A DNA stretch of 64,000 nt from positions 47,618 through 111,617 of the forward strand of contig PLRX01000043.1 of assembly GCA_003164095.1 (NCBI GenBank), given 5' to 3'. This DNA comes from Acidimicrobiaceae bacterium. GTDB lineage: Bacteria; Actinomycetota; Acidimicrobiia; Acidimicrobiales; RAAP-2. Positions 53,677-62,575 of this stretch are shown one piece after another (within the stretch, counting starts at the first letter, position 1; each line of letters begins with the position of its first letter). The translations under genes and the position numbers were made by a program. The notes beneath the pieces are model-generated. The model ran no database searches. It was not told the origin of the DNA and saw only the letters and a program-made list of their open reading frames with translations.

Positions 53677-54585
53677 TCAGTCGCGGCGGCGGGGCTCGGA
53701 GTGGTCCCAGTCGGCCAGCAGCGTGCGCAGCGCGGTCAGCAGGATGAGCGGTTGGTCGAGCATGGCATGGTGCCCCGCCTCGGGCAGCTCGATGACCGGG
53801 GTCACCCGGCCGAGCTCGTCGTACATGAACCGGCCGATGTCCCGGGTGACGAGGCCGTGCTCGGACCGCAGCAGGGCGAACCGGCACTGGACCTGTGACA
53901 GGTAGGGCAGCGCCACGCTGCGCATGCCTCCGCCGAACTGGGCGAAGACGTCACGGTCGAACTTCCACTGGTAGCCGCCCTCGGTGGGTCGCACCGAGTG
54001 GTGAGCGACATGGTCCATGACGTAGTCGAGGTAGTGGTCCTGGGCAGGAACGGTCCGGAAGTGGGCGAAGGCATCTTCGAGTGTCGGGTAGACCCGTGGG
54101 CGCCCGAAGGCCTCCTTCAGCCGGTAGGAGGCGATCTCGGGGTCGGGCTCGGTCACGGGCGAATCGCAGACGATGGCTCCGCTGACCCCGCTGCCGTGCC
54201 GGGCGGCGGTGCCGATGGTCACGAATCCGCCCATCGAGTGCCCGACCACGACCGGTGGCCCGGCGATGTCGCCCGCCCCGGACACGGCCATCACCTCGTC
54301 GGTCCACTGCTCGAGGGAGTACGACGCCCGGTGACCGCTGTCGCCGTGCCCGGACAGGTCGACGCAGACCACCCGGAACTCGTCGGCGAAGGTGGCGGCC
54401 ACATGTGTCCACCAGTGCGCGTGCGCACCGCCGCCGTGGACGAAGACCAGGCCCCGGGTACCCGGTGTGCCGAAGGTGAGGGCATGGATCGTGCAGCCGT
54501 CGACGTCGACGGCCAGGTCCCCACGAGGGACGGCGAGCGCACGGGTGAACCACCCCGGCGCGTCGGGCAGGGCTCGGTAGGTCAT
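53677..54585 (-). CDS. alpha/beta hydrolase
   Basis: LVFVHGGGAHAHWW and GHSMGG. ATGA overlap with the upstream stop. Confidence 0.85.
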   Translation of the reverse strand: MTYRALPDAPGWFTRALAVPRGDLAVDVDGCTIHALTFGTPGTRGLVFVHGGGAHAHWWTHVAATFADEFRVVCVDLSGHGDSGHRASYSLEQWTDEVMAVSGAGDIAGPPVVVGHSMGGFVTIGTAARHGSGVSGAIVCDSPVTEPDPEIASYRLKEAFGRPRVYPTLEDAFAHFRTVPAQDHYLDYVMDHVAHHSVRPTEGGYQWKFDRDVFAQFGGGMRSVALPYLSQVQCRFALLRSEHGLVTRDIGRFMYDELGRVTPVIELPEAGHHAMLDQPLILLTALRTLLADWDHSEPRRRD

Positions 54586-55574
54586 CGGTCGTGCTCCTTG
54601 ATGGCGTCGGTCACGTCGTGCTCGAGTGGGCGACCGGCGAGCCAGCGGTCGAGATTGGCGTCGAAGAGGTCCGCCTGGCGCCGGAGCCGGCCGAAGCCGC
54701 CCGCCGCGTTGTGGGGCGTGACACGGACCCGCGGGTGCGTCCAGAACGGATGGTCCGGGGGGAGTGGCTCGTGTTCGAACACGTCGAGCACGGCGACAGC
54801 GGGCGTGCCGGTGTCGAGGGCGACGAGCAGTGCGGCCTCGTCGACGAGGGATCCCCGGCCGACGTTGACCAGTACGCTGTCCGGCTTCATCGCGGCCAGG
54901 AACCCGGCGTCGACGAGCCGTCGGGACCCCGCGGTGGCGGGCGCGCTCAGCACCACGACGTCCGCGTCGCCGATCACCTCGCCGAGGCGGTCCGGGGTGA
55001 CCATCAGATCGGCCGGGTCGTCGGGGGCCGGTGTGCGGCGGCACCCGACGACCCGTGCGCCCAGCGCACGCGCACGAACGGCCACCGCACCGCCGATGTG
55101 GCCGAGTCCCACCACCAGCCAGGTCGTGCCCGCCACCTCGCGCCAGTCGTGGATGTGCCACTCGAAGACGTCGGCCTGGCGACGCCACTCGGCAGCCCCC
55201 TGGAACTCGTCGAGCACGGCCCGCAGTACGAACTCGGCGATCGGCAGGCTGTTGACGTGGGCGTTGCAGACCCGGACGCCGTGGTCGACCATGAGGCGGA
55301 ACGGCGCACTGTCGTAGCCGGCGGCCGGCGACTGGAACCACCGGAGCGACGGGCAGTCGACCAGGAAGCGGAAGAAGGCGAGGACCGGGGCGCCCTCGCG
55401 GAACAGGTCGGACGTGCCCCAGGCCACCTCGGGCCGTGCCTCGGGCCAGGGCACGCCGGACCCGTCCGGTCCGGTCAGGCTGCCGTCGTCCTCCATGACG
55501 AGCCACTCGACGCCGGGCCGTGCCAGTTCGTCGGCGTAGGAGTCGTGAGCGGTCCGGGTGAGGAGTGCGAGCAC
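54582..55574 (-). CDS. D-isomer-specific 2-hydroxyacid dehydrogenase family protein
   Basis: VVGLGHIGGAVAVRARALGARV, NVGRGSLVDE and TPHNAA. Confidence 0.85.
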   Translation of the reverse strand: MLALLTRTAHDSYADELARPGVEWLVMEDDGSLTGPDGSGVPWPEARPEVAWGTSDLFREGAPVLAFFRFLVDCPSLRWFQSPAAGYDSAPFRLMVDHGVRVCNAHVNSLPIAEFVLRAVLDEFQGAAEWRRQADVFEWHIHDWREVAGTTWLVVGLGHIGGAVAVRARALGARVVGCRRTPAPDDPADLMVTPDRLGEVIGDADVVVLSAPATAGSRRLVDAGFLAAMKPDSVLVNVGRGSLVDEAALLVALDTGTPAVAVLDVFEHEPLPPDHPFWTHPRVRVTPHNAAGGFGRLRRQADLFDANLDRWLAGRPLEHDVTDAIKEHDR

Positions 55575-55578
55575 GCGG

Positions 55579-56598
55579 TCAGGCCCTTGCGAGCGCGTCG
55601 TCTACCAGGGCCTGGACCTGGGCCACCCCTGCCTCGTGGCGCGGGCTGAGGATTCCCGGTCGGGCGAGCCCGGAGGCCAGGTTGCGCTGCACGGACTCGC
55701 AGATGGCCCGGTCTTCGTCGAGGATGGCCACCGAGCTGGTCACCGAGCCCTCGGCTTCGTCGGCCGGCGTGCCCGGGGCGAAGCAGAACGTGTACTCGAC
55801 CCGGGTCGAGGTGGGGCCGGTCGGCCAGTAGCTCTCGAGGCACAACCCGGAGGGGTAGAGGTTGAGTGCGAGTCCCGGGAACCGCCACAGCCAGGCGCCG
55901 TCGGTCACCGCACCGTCCCTGGTCGGTGCCCGGTGCACGGTCGCCGGCCCGTTGACCACGACCTCGTAGCGCGAGCTGTCGATCTGCCGGTTGAGCCCGG
56001 GGTGGACGAGGGGGATGTGGTAGCCCTCCTGGTAGTTCTCGGCGTAGACCTTCCAGTTGGCGGCCAGGTCGTGGCTCGAGCGGTGGGTGACCTCGAACGA
56101 CTCCATGGGGAAGTTCGCGCTGTGTCGTGCGACCGGGCCCAGCCACTCCTCGAAGTCGGGCACGGTGGGATCGCCGGCCACGAACAGGAGACCCCGCCAG
56201 GTGGCCACCGACGCGGACGTCAGCGAGAAGTCCGCTGGGTCCACCTCCTCGCCGAAGTCACGTGCCGAGGTGAGGGTGCCGTCGAGTGCGTAGGCCCAGC
56301 CGTGGTAGCGGCAGACGAAGCGGCCGCACGACCCCGAGCCGTCGTCGACCAGCGGCCCGGAACGGTGGCGGCAGATATTCTGGTGGGCCCGCAGGGTGCC
56401 CCCGTCGTTGACCACGACCAGCGGGAAGCCGGCCACCCAGACGGACAGGTAGGTGCCGGGGGCCGCAACCCGGGACGCGGCCCCGACCGATGTCCACTCC
56501 CGGGCGAAGACGGCCCGGCGCTCGTCCTCGTAGCGCGCCGGGTCGACGTAGGCGGTGGCATCGGTGACCGTGCGCCGTCGAATGGTGTCGGAGGACAC
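55579..56598 (-). CDS. Rieske (2Fe-2S) non-haem iron oxygenase alpha subunit
   Basis: CRHRSGPL...CRYHGW Rieske motif and YQEGYHIPLVH iron site. GTG 56598 has a GGAAGGGAGG RBS, and the ORF start at 56643 is also possible. Confidence 0.85.
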   Translation of the reverse strand: MSSDTIRRRTVTDATAYVDPARYEDERRAVFAREWTSVGAASRVAAPGTYLSVWVAGFPLVVVNDGGTLRAHQNICRHRSGPLVDDGSGSCGRFVCRYHGWAYALDGTLTSARDFGEEVDPADFSLTSASVATWRGLLFVAGDPTVPDFEEWLGPVARHSANFPMESFEVTHRSSHDLAANWKVYAENYQEGYHIPLVHPGLNRQIDSSRYEVVVNGPATVHRAPTRDGAVTDGAWLWRFPGLALNLYPSGLCLESYWPTGPTSTRVEYTFCFAPGTPADEAEGSVTSSVAILDEDRAICESVQRNLASGLARPGILSPRHEAGVAQVQALVDDALARA

Positions 56599-56681
56599 GG
56601 GGGCCTCCCTTCCTGTCGCTCGTCCGATACCCCGCCTCATCATGCCAGCGCATCGGTCGCTGGGGTCCCGGTGGTAGAGAG

Positions 56682-57476
56682 GTGGGTGTGATCACCACGG
56701 AACGCCACGGCCCCGTCGTCCTCGTCGTCCTCGACCGGCCCGAGGCCCGCAACGCCCTGACCGGGGAGATGATCGCCTCGCTCGGATCCGCCCTGGCCGA
56801 TGCCGATGCCGACCCGGACGTCGCCGCGGTGGTCCTCACGGGCCGGGACCCCGCATTCTGTGCCGGTCTCGACCTGACGGACCTGGTCCGCACCTATGAC
56901 GACGTGGCTGCGGCCCCGCGGGGTGGCGGGGCGTCCGGCGACGCGCCGGTGGTCAACCGGGGTCTGACCCCCGATACCTCGACACCGGTCATCGGGGCCG
57001 TGAACGGCCCGGCCGTGACCGGTGGCCTGGAACTGGCCCTCGGGTGTGACTTCCTGATCGCCTCGGAGCGGGCGACCTTCGCCGATACCCATGCCCGGGT
57101 GGGGGTGCTGCCGGCCGGCGGCATGACCATCCGTCTGCCCCAGCTGATCGGGGTCAACCGGGCCCGCCAGATGTCGCTGACCGGTGACTTCGTCGACGCC
57201 GCGACGGCGTGTGCCTGGGGACTGGTCAACGAGGTGGTGGCCCACGACGACCTGTTGCCCCGGGCGCTGGAGCTCGCCCGCTCGGTGGCCGAGTCCGACC
57301 CGGCCACGGTGGCCGAGCTGCGCGCCATGTACGTGGCGCTCGCCCACCGGGGCGACGACGAGTCCTACCGGGACGAGGCCCGATGGTCGCGCCGGTGGAT
57401 GAAGGAACGGTTCGACCCGGCGGCCTTCCGCGCCCGGCGTGACGGGATCATCGCCCGAGGGTCGTCCCAGCAGTAG
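56682..57476 (+). CDS. enoyl-CoA hydratase/isomerase (crotonase) family protein
   Basis: LDRPEARNAL, AFCAGLDL and GAVNGPAVTGGLELAL. Confidence 0.85.
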   Translation: MGVITTERHGPVVLVVLDRPEARNALTGEMIASLGSALADADADPDVAAVVLTGRDPAFCAGLDLTDLVRTYDDVAAAPRGGGASGDAPVVNRGLTPDTSTPVIGAVNGPAVTGGLELALGCDFLIASERATFADTHARVGVLPAGGMTIRLPQLIGVNRARQMSLTGDFVDAATACAWGLVNEVVAHDDLLPRALELARSVAESDPATVAELRAMYVALAHRGDDESYRDEARWSRRWMKERFDPAAFRARRDGIIARGSSQQ

Positions 57477-57484
57477 CCGGCACC

Positions 57485-57754
57485 CTACGCCGGCGCCAGG
57501 CCCGCGTTCGTCAGCATCCGGCGGAGGTCGACGACCTGCTGGGTGTCGAGGTCGTTGCTCTTCGGGGCGTCGAACGTCTGGGTCTCGGCTCCGAGGGTCA
57601 CCTTGAACCTGCCGTCGTGGACCTCCTCGGCCTCGCCGGCCGCCTGCAGTAGCGACAGGACGTCGTGCCACTGGATGTTGTGACTGGTCGGGTGGGCGAA
57701 GAGCTTCTCGACCGTCTTGCGGTGGTGCGAGTCCAGCTTGGGTCCGTCGGTCAT
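57485..57754 (-). CDS. hypothetical 89-aa protein
   Basis: GGAGGA RBS and high GC3. The C-terminal ...DLDTQQVVDLRRMLTNAGL is faintly HicA-like. Confidence 0.5.
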   Translation of the reverse strand: MTDGPKLDSHHRKTVEKLFAHPTSHNIQWHDVLSLLQAAGEAEEVHDGRFKVTLGAETQTFDAPKSNDLDTQQVVDLRRMLTNAGLAPA

Positions 57755-57816
57755 CCCGTTCCTCCATGGTGTCGGGGGGTGCCGCCACATCGTAGGGGAG
57801 GTGGGGAGGGGGTCCG

Positions 57817-57836
57817 GAAGGGCCGATCGGCCCTTC
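57817..57836. promoter_or_regulatory. perfect 20-bp palindrome GAAGGGCCGATCGGCCCTTC in a divergent promoter region
   Basis: Read from the sequence. Confidence 0.4.
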
Positions 57837-57872
57837 TCCGGGTCCGCCCGCCCCTTCTCCGGGTCCGCCCGC
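57831..57872. repeat. exact 21-bp tandem repeat CCCTTCTCCGGGTCCGCCCGC x2
   Basis: Units 57831-57851 and 57852-57872 are identical. The first unit overlaps the right arm of the palindrome. Confidence 0.95.
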
Positions 57873-57904
57873 CCCGCCACGTCGTCCCGTGCCACGATGG
57901 CCCC

Positions 57905-58330
57905 ATGTCCGACGCCGCCGCCAACAAGGAGCGGGTCCAGCAGTTCTGGGCCGCGCTGTACACCCGCGACTGGGACGCGATCGGCTCCTTCTTCGACGAG
58001 GACAGTGAGTACACCGACGTGCCATCGCCTCCCGACGACATCGCCCACGGCCCCGCCCAGGTGGTGGCCCGGCTCCGGCTCGGTCTCGGCAAGATCTCGA
58101 GCTACGAGCACGATCTCCGCCTGATGGTGGCCGAGGGCGACACGGTGGTGACCGAGCACGCCGAGACGTGGCACTGGCACACCGGCGAGCAGGTCACGCT
58201 CCCCTTCGTCTCGGTCCAGCAATTACGGGCCGGGCAGATCGTCCGCTGGTGGGACTACTGGGACCTGTCCACGCTCATGAACGCCGCACCCGCCTGGTGG
58301 ATCGAGGACATCGCCTCGGGCTACCTCTGA
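57905..58330 (+). CDS. SnoaL/limonene-1,2-epoxide hydrolase-like NTF2-fold protein
   Basis: NKERVQQFWAALYTRDWDAI... and WWDYWD. Confidence 0.7.
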   Translation: MSDAAANKERVQQFWAALYTRDWDAIGSFFDEDSEYTDVPSPPDDIAHGPAQVVARLRLGLGKISSYEHDLRLMVAEGDTVVTEHAETWHWHTGEQVTLPFVSVQQLRAGQIVRWWDYWDLSTLMNAAPAWWIEDIASGYL

Positions 58331-58950
58331 GCGGAGCGGGCGGCTTCCCAGGCCGGGAGGGCGGGGGCCTCGGCGCCGATGGTCGTCTCGTCGCCGTGTC
58401 CGGTGAGCACCCGCGTCCCGGCCGGCAGCACCAGCAGGCGGTCACGGATCGAGTCCACGATGGTCGGGTAGTCCGAGAAGCTCCGGCCGGTCGCCCCCGG
58501 TCCGCCGTTGAAGAGCGTGTCGCCGGAGAACACCACGCCGTCGGGCTCGTCGTAGAGGCAGACGCCCCCGGGCGAGTGGCCCGGGGTGGCCAGGACCCGC
58601 AGGGTGGTCCCGCCGACCTCGATCACCTGGCCGTCGACGAGATCGGCGTCGGGCGCACGGTCCGGGTACACCACGTCCCACAGCATCCGGTCGGCGGGAT
58701 GGAGCCAGATCGGTGCCCCGAGAGCGTCGGCCAGGACGGCGGCGGCGTTGATGTGGTCGTTGTGGCCGTGGGTGGCGATGATCGCCACGGTCCGTCGGCC
58801 ACCGACCGCCGCCACGACGGGCCGGTGGTCGTGGGCGGCGTCGATGACGACCACCTCGGTGTCGTCGCCCACCACCCAGATGTTGTTGTCGACGGCGAAG
58901 TCCTCACCGTCGAGGGAGAACGTGCCGGAGGTGACGACCCGCTCGATCAC
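58321..58950 (-). CDS. MBL-fold metallo-hydrolase (glyoxalase II-like; candidate S-formylmycothiol hydrolase)
   Basis: THGHNDH and TPGHSPGG. 4-nt overlap with the upstream dehydrogenase stop. Confidence 0.85.
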   Translation of the reverse strand: MIERVVTSGTFSLDGEDFAVDNNIWVVGDDTEVVVIDAAHDHRPVVAAVGGRRTVAIIATHGHNDHINAAAVLADALGAPIWLHPADRMLWDVVYPDRAPDADLVDGQVIEVGGTTLRVLATPGHSPGGVCLYDEPDGVVFSGDTLFNGGPGATGRSFSDYPTIVDSIRDRLLVLPAGTRVLTGHGDETTIGAEAPALPAWEAARSAQR

Positions 58951-60035
58951 CGGACCACGACCACCGAGCGCAGAACCTCGCCGCGCTCCATGCGGTGGAA
59001 GGCCCCTTCGACGTCATCCAGGGAGATCGTCTCGGACACGAACCGGTCGAGGTCCAGGCGACCCTGCAGGTAGAGGTCGATCAGCATCGGGAAGTCGCGG
59101 CTCGGCAGGCAGTCGCCGTACCAGGACGGCTTGAGTCGGCCGCCCCGGCCGAAGAACTCGATCATCGGCAGGTCGATCCGCATGTCCGGGGTGGGGACAC
59201 CCACCTGGACCACGGTGCCGGCCAGATCGCGGGCGTAGAACGCCTGCTCGAGGACCGTGGGGTTGCCCACGGCCTCGATGCACACGTCGGCGCCGTTGCC
59301 GTCGGTCAGGGCCCGGACGGCCTCGACGACGTCCCCCGACGAGGGGTCGACGGTGTGGGTGGCGCCGAACTCCCGGGCGAGGGACAGCTTCCGGGGGTCG
59401 AGGTCGACGGCGATGATCGTGGAGGCACCTGCCAGGAGCGCCCCGGCGATGGCCGCGCACCCCACGCCGCCGCATCCGAAGACGGCCACCGAGTCGCCCG
59501 GGCCGACCTCGCCGGTCAGCATCGATGCCCCGATGCCGGCCATCACGCCGCAGCCCAGCAGGCCGGCCGCCTCGGGGCGGGCCGCCGGGTCGACCTTGGT
59601 GCACTGGCCGGCGGCCACGAGGGTCTTCTCGGCGAAGGCTCCGATGCCGAGCGCAGGGGAGAGCGGCGTCCCGTCGGTCAGCGTCATCTTCTGGGTGGCA
59701 TTGTGCGTGGCGAAGCAGTACTGCGGGCGTCCCCGTCGACACGACCGGCACTCACCGCACACGGCGCGCCAGTTGAGGACGACGAAGTCGCCGGGCGCCA
59801 CCCCCGTGACGTCGGGGCCCACGGCCTCCACGATGCCTGCCGCCTCGTGACCCAGCAGGAACGGGAATTCGTCGTTGATGCCGCCCTCCCGGTAGTGGAG
59901 GTCGGTGTGGCAGACCCCACAGGCCTGCACCTTGACCACTGCCTCGCCCGGCCCCGGGTCGGGGACCACGACGGTCACCACCTGGACCGGCTCCCCCTTG
60001 GCCATCGCCACCACTCCACGGACCTCTGCTGCCAT
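58947..60035 (-). CDS. mscR: class III Zn alcohol dehydrogenase, S-(hydroxymethyl)mycothiol dehydrogenase-like
   Basis: [27 protein letters not shown] and [17 protein letters not shown]. Confidence 0.85.
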   Translation of the reverse strand: MAAEVRGVVAMAKGEPVQVVTVVVPDPGPGEAVVKVQACGVCHTDLHYREGGINDEFPFLLGHEAAGIVEAVGPDVTGVAPGDFVVLNWRAVCGECRSCRRGRPQYCFATHNATQKMTLTDGTPLSPALGIGAFAEKTLVAAGQCTKVDPAARPEAAGLLGCGVMAGIGASMLTGEVGPGDSVAVFGCGGVGCAAIAGALLAGASTIIAVDLDPRKLSLAREFGATHTVDPSSGDVVEAVRALTDGNGADVCIEAVGNPTVLEQAFYARDLAGTVVQVGVPTPDMRIDLPMIEFFGRGGRLKPSWYGDCLPSRDFPMLIDLYLQGRLDLDRFVSETISLDDVEGAFHRMERGEVLRSVVVVR

Positions 60036-60082
60036 CGTGCGCTCCTTGTCGGCGTGCGGACTGCGTTCGGGCACAGTGTGGC

Positions 60083-60530
60083 ATGTCACCGCCGGGTCAT
60101 CCCTGGTGGCGGGCACGGGTGCCGGTGCTCGCACGGCGGGTGACACAGGGTGGGGTCCACCGAGGAGGCGTCGTGGCCGCAGAGCGCGGCTACACCGACA
60201 CGCGTATCGCCGACGTGGCCGCGCTGGCCGGTACCAGCCCGGCCCTTGTCATCTACTACTCCACGACCAAGGACTATCTGCTGACCGAGGCCGTGCGGCT
60301 CGCCGGAGACCAGTGGTACGACCTGGGGTCCGCCCGGTTGGCGGCCATCGGGAGTGCGGCGGGCCGGCTGGAGTGGCTCGTCGCCGCCATGTGCCTCTCC
60401 CAGGGTGACGACGGGGTCCCGAGCTGTGGGCCCTGTGGCTCGACCTGTGGGCCCCTGACGTGGACGGCGCCGGCAGGGGGCGGCGGCGAGGCAACTTCCT
60501 GGCCGGTTGCCGGCGGCGCCGTCCGCTCAG
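60083..60530 (+). pseudogene. TetR-family regulator, frame-shifted and lacking most of the ligand domain
   Basis: [37 protein letters not shown] is in one frame. The following PELWALWLDLWAP is in another frame (shift near 60412-60418). The sequence then runs into the convergent decarboxylase gene. Confidence 0.6.
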
Positions 60531-61891
60531 GCGGTCGAGGCCAGGAGCTCGGCAATCAGCTCGATGCTGGTGTCCGGGTGCAGCAGAGCCAGGCGCCCGA
60601 CGGCCTCGCCCTCCCACGTGGTGTGCATGACGAATCCGGCCTGCTCCTCGAGGAGGTGGTCGGACCAGGCCTCATAGTCGGCCTTGCCCCAGCCGGAGCG
60701 ACGGAACAGCACCACCGACAGCTCGGGCCGGCGCACCAGTTCCAGGTGGGGCAGGGACTCGATGAGGTCGGCTGTCGCCTGGGTGGTGGCCAACACGGTC
60801 TCGATGGCGTCGCGATAGGCATCGGTGCCGTTGACGGCCAGCGAGAACCAGAGGGGCATGCCGCGGGCCCGCCGGGTCAGGTGGTAGGCGTAGTCACTCG
60901 GGTTCCACTCCTCGGGCGTGTCCCTGTGCAGCACCTCGAGGTAGGAGGCGTCCTGGGAGTGCACCGCCTTGGCCAGCCGTGGCTCGCGGTAGAGCAGGGC
61001 CGCGCAGTCGAACGGGGCGAACAGCCACTTGTGGGGGTCCACCACGAACGAGTCGACCCGTTCGATGCCCCGGAACCGGTCCCTGACGGACGGGGCGAAC
61101 AGCGCGGCACAACCATAGGCACCGTCGACGTGGAACCAGAGCTTGCGCTCCTCGGCGACGTCGGCCACCCCGTCGAGATCGTCGATGATCCCGGCGTTGG
61201 TGGTACCACCCGTCGCCACCACCGCGATCACGTCGTCGCCCCGGGGGTGGGTGGCCAGGGCGTCACGCAGGGCCCAGCCGGTCAGGCGGTGGTCGTCGCA
61301 CGGCACCAGGAGCGGCTCGATGCCCAGCACGTGGAGCGCCTTGCCCACCGAGGAGTGGGCCTCCTCGCTGATGGCCACCACGGGGCGCTCCGGAGCGTCG
61401 TCACCCATCCGGTGCCGGGCCGTGTCACGTCCGACCATGAGGCCCGACAGGTTGCCGGCCGAGCCCCCGGCAACGAAGCAGCCGCCGGCGCCCTCGGGCA
61501 GGCCCGCCAGGTCGGTCAGTACGCCGAGCGCCTGGTTCTCGGCCGCCACCGGGCCGGCCGCCTCGATCCACGACGTCCCCTGCAGCGAGGAGCAGGCCAC
61601 GACCATGTCGAACAGGAGGGCCGCCTTGGTGGGGGCGGCCGGGATGAAGGCCAGGAACCTCGGGCTGTCCACGGAGACGGCTGCGGTCGCCAGGGTCTTG
61701 TCGAACAGCTCCATGACGGCGACCGGGTCGGTGCCTGCGGCGTTGATCAGGCCGTCGAGCCGGGCGGCCAGTGACTCGTCGACGGCGCCCCCGTAGTCGA
61801 GCGGGACCGGGTCGAGGGAGAGCCGCCACCTGCAGTAGTCGAAGATCAGGTCAGTGAGCTTCTCGTCATAGACGAACATGGGGTTGCGCAT
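60527..61891 (-). CDS. group II pyridoxal-dependent (aromatic amino acid / DABA-type) decarboxylase
   Basis: SGGTxxN-like GGSAGNL, VATGGTTNAG, HVDGAYG and PLP-lysine VVDPHKWL. AGGAGA RBS before ATG 61891. Confidence 0.85.
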   Translation of the reverse strand: MRNPMFVYDEKLTDLIFDYCRWRLSLDPVPLDYGGAVDESLAARLDGLINAAGTDPVAVMELFDKTLATAAVSVDSPRFLAFIPAAPTKAALLFDMVVACSSLQGTSWIEAAGPVAAENQALGVLTDLAGLPEGAGGCFVAGGSAGNLSGLMVGRDTARHRMGDDAPERPVVAISEEAHSSVGKALHVLGIEPLLVPCDDHRLTGWALRDALATHPRGDDVIAVVATGGTTNAGIIDDLDGVADVAEERKLWFHVDGAYGCAALFAPSVRDRFRGIERVDSFVVDPHKWLFAPFDCAALLYREPRLAKAVHSQDASYLEVLHRDTPEEWNPSDYAYHLTRRARGMPLWFSLAVNGTDAYRDAIETVLATTQATADLIESLPHLELVRRPELSVVLFRRSGWGKADYEAWSDHLLEEQAGFVMHTTWEGEAVGRLALLHPDTSIELIAELLASTA

Positions 61892-61981
61892 GGTGTTCCG
61901 TTCTCCTGGTGTCGCCGGTTCATGATCGCAGACCCCACAGCGACCCGGTTCCGGCCGGGCCACCGGGCCAGCGCGGCCGGT

Positions 61982-62575
61982 TCAGGGCGCGCGGTGGACC
62001 GAGACGGCATAGCCGGCGCCCACGACGAACTCGTCGCGTTCCCACGTCGACCAGCGGACCTCCGGGACGAGGCCGGCCGCGGTGCAGGCTGCGTCGTAGT
62101 CCTCCAGGGCGTACCCGCGCCCCAGCTGGAACCCGGTCACCAGCCGCCCGCCCGTGTGCAGGTGACGCGCGCACCCCGTCACCAGCGCGGGCTGGGTGCC
62201 CTCGGGCGTGAACAGGGGCACGTTTCCCGCCATGACGACCACGTCGAACGTCTCGCCGAGATCGGCCGTCGCGACGTCCAGCACCTCGAATCGGACGCCG
62301 GGGGCCAGTCGGCGGGCAGTGGAGATCATGGACGGGTCACGGTCGATCCCCACTGCTGCGACCCCCCGACTGCTCAGCTCGGCGGCCACCCGCCCCGTGC
62401 CGCACCCGGCGTCGAGGACCGAGTGGGGGGCGAACGTCATGAGGCAGTCCACCTCGCCGTGGACGTCGACTCCTTCGGCGGCCAGCGCGTCGAACCGCTG
62501 CTGGTAGGCCTCGCCGTCCCAGGCGGTGGCACCCGGTGGACGCGTCCCCGGGGGGATCCCGTCCGCTCCGGTCAC
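61982..62575 (-). CDS. class I SAM-dependent methyltransferase
   Basis: Motif I VLDAGCGTGRV, and DVVVMAGNV. GTGA overlap with the upstream stop. Confidence 0.8.
   Translation of the reverse strand: MTGADGIPPGTRPPGATAWDGEAYQQRFDALAAEGVDVHGEVDCLMTFAPHSVLDAGCGTGRVAAELSSRGVAAVGIDRDPSMISTARRLAPGVRFEVLDVATADLGETFDVVVMAGNVPLFTPEGTQPALVTGCARHLHTGGRLVTGFQLGRGYALEDYDAACTAAGLVPEVRWSTWERDEFVVGAGYAVSVHRAP

Noticed and set aside
60083-61774. ORF 60083-61774 (563 aa) as a single large protein.
   Set aside because: Only the first approximately 110 residues are TetR-like. The remainder is the antisense strand of the well-supported PLP decarboxylase gene.
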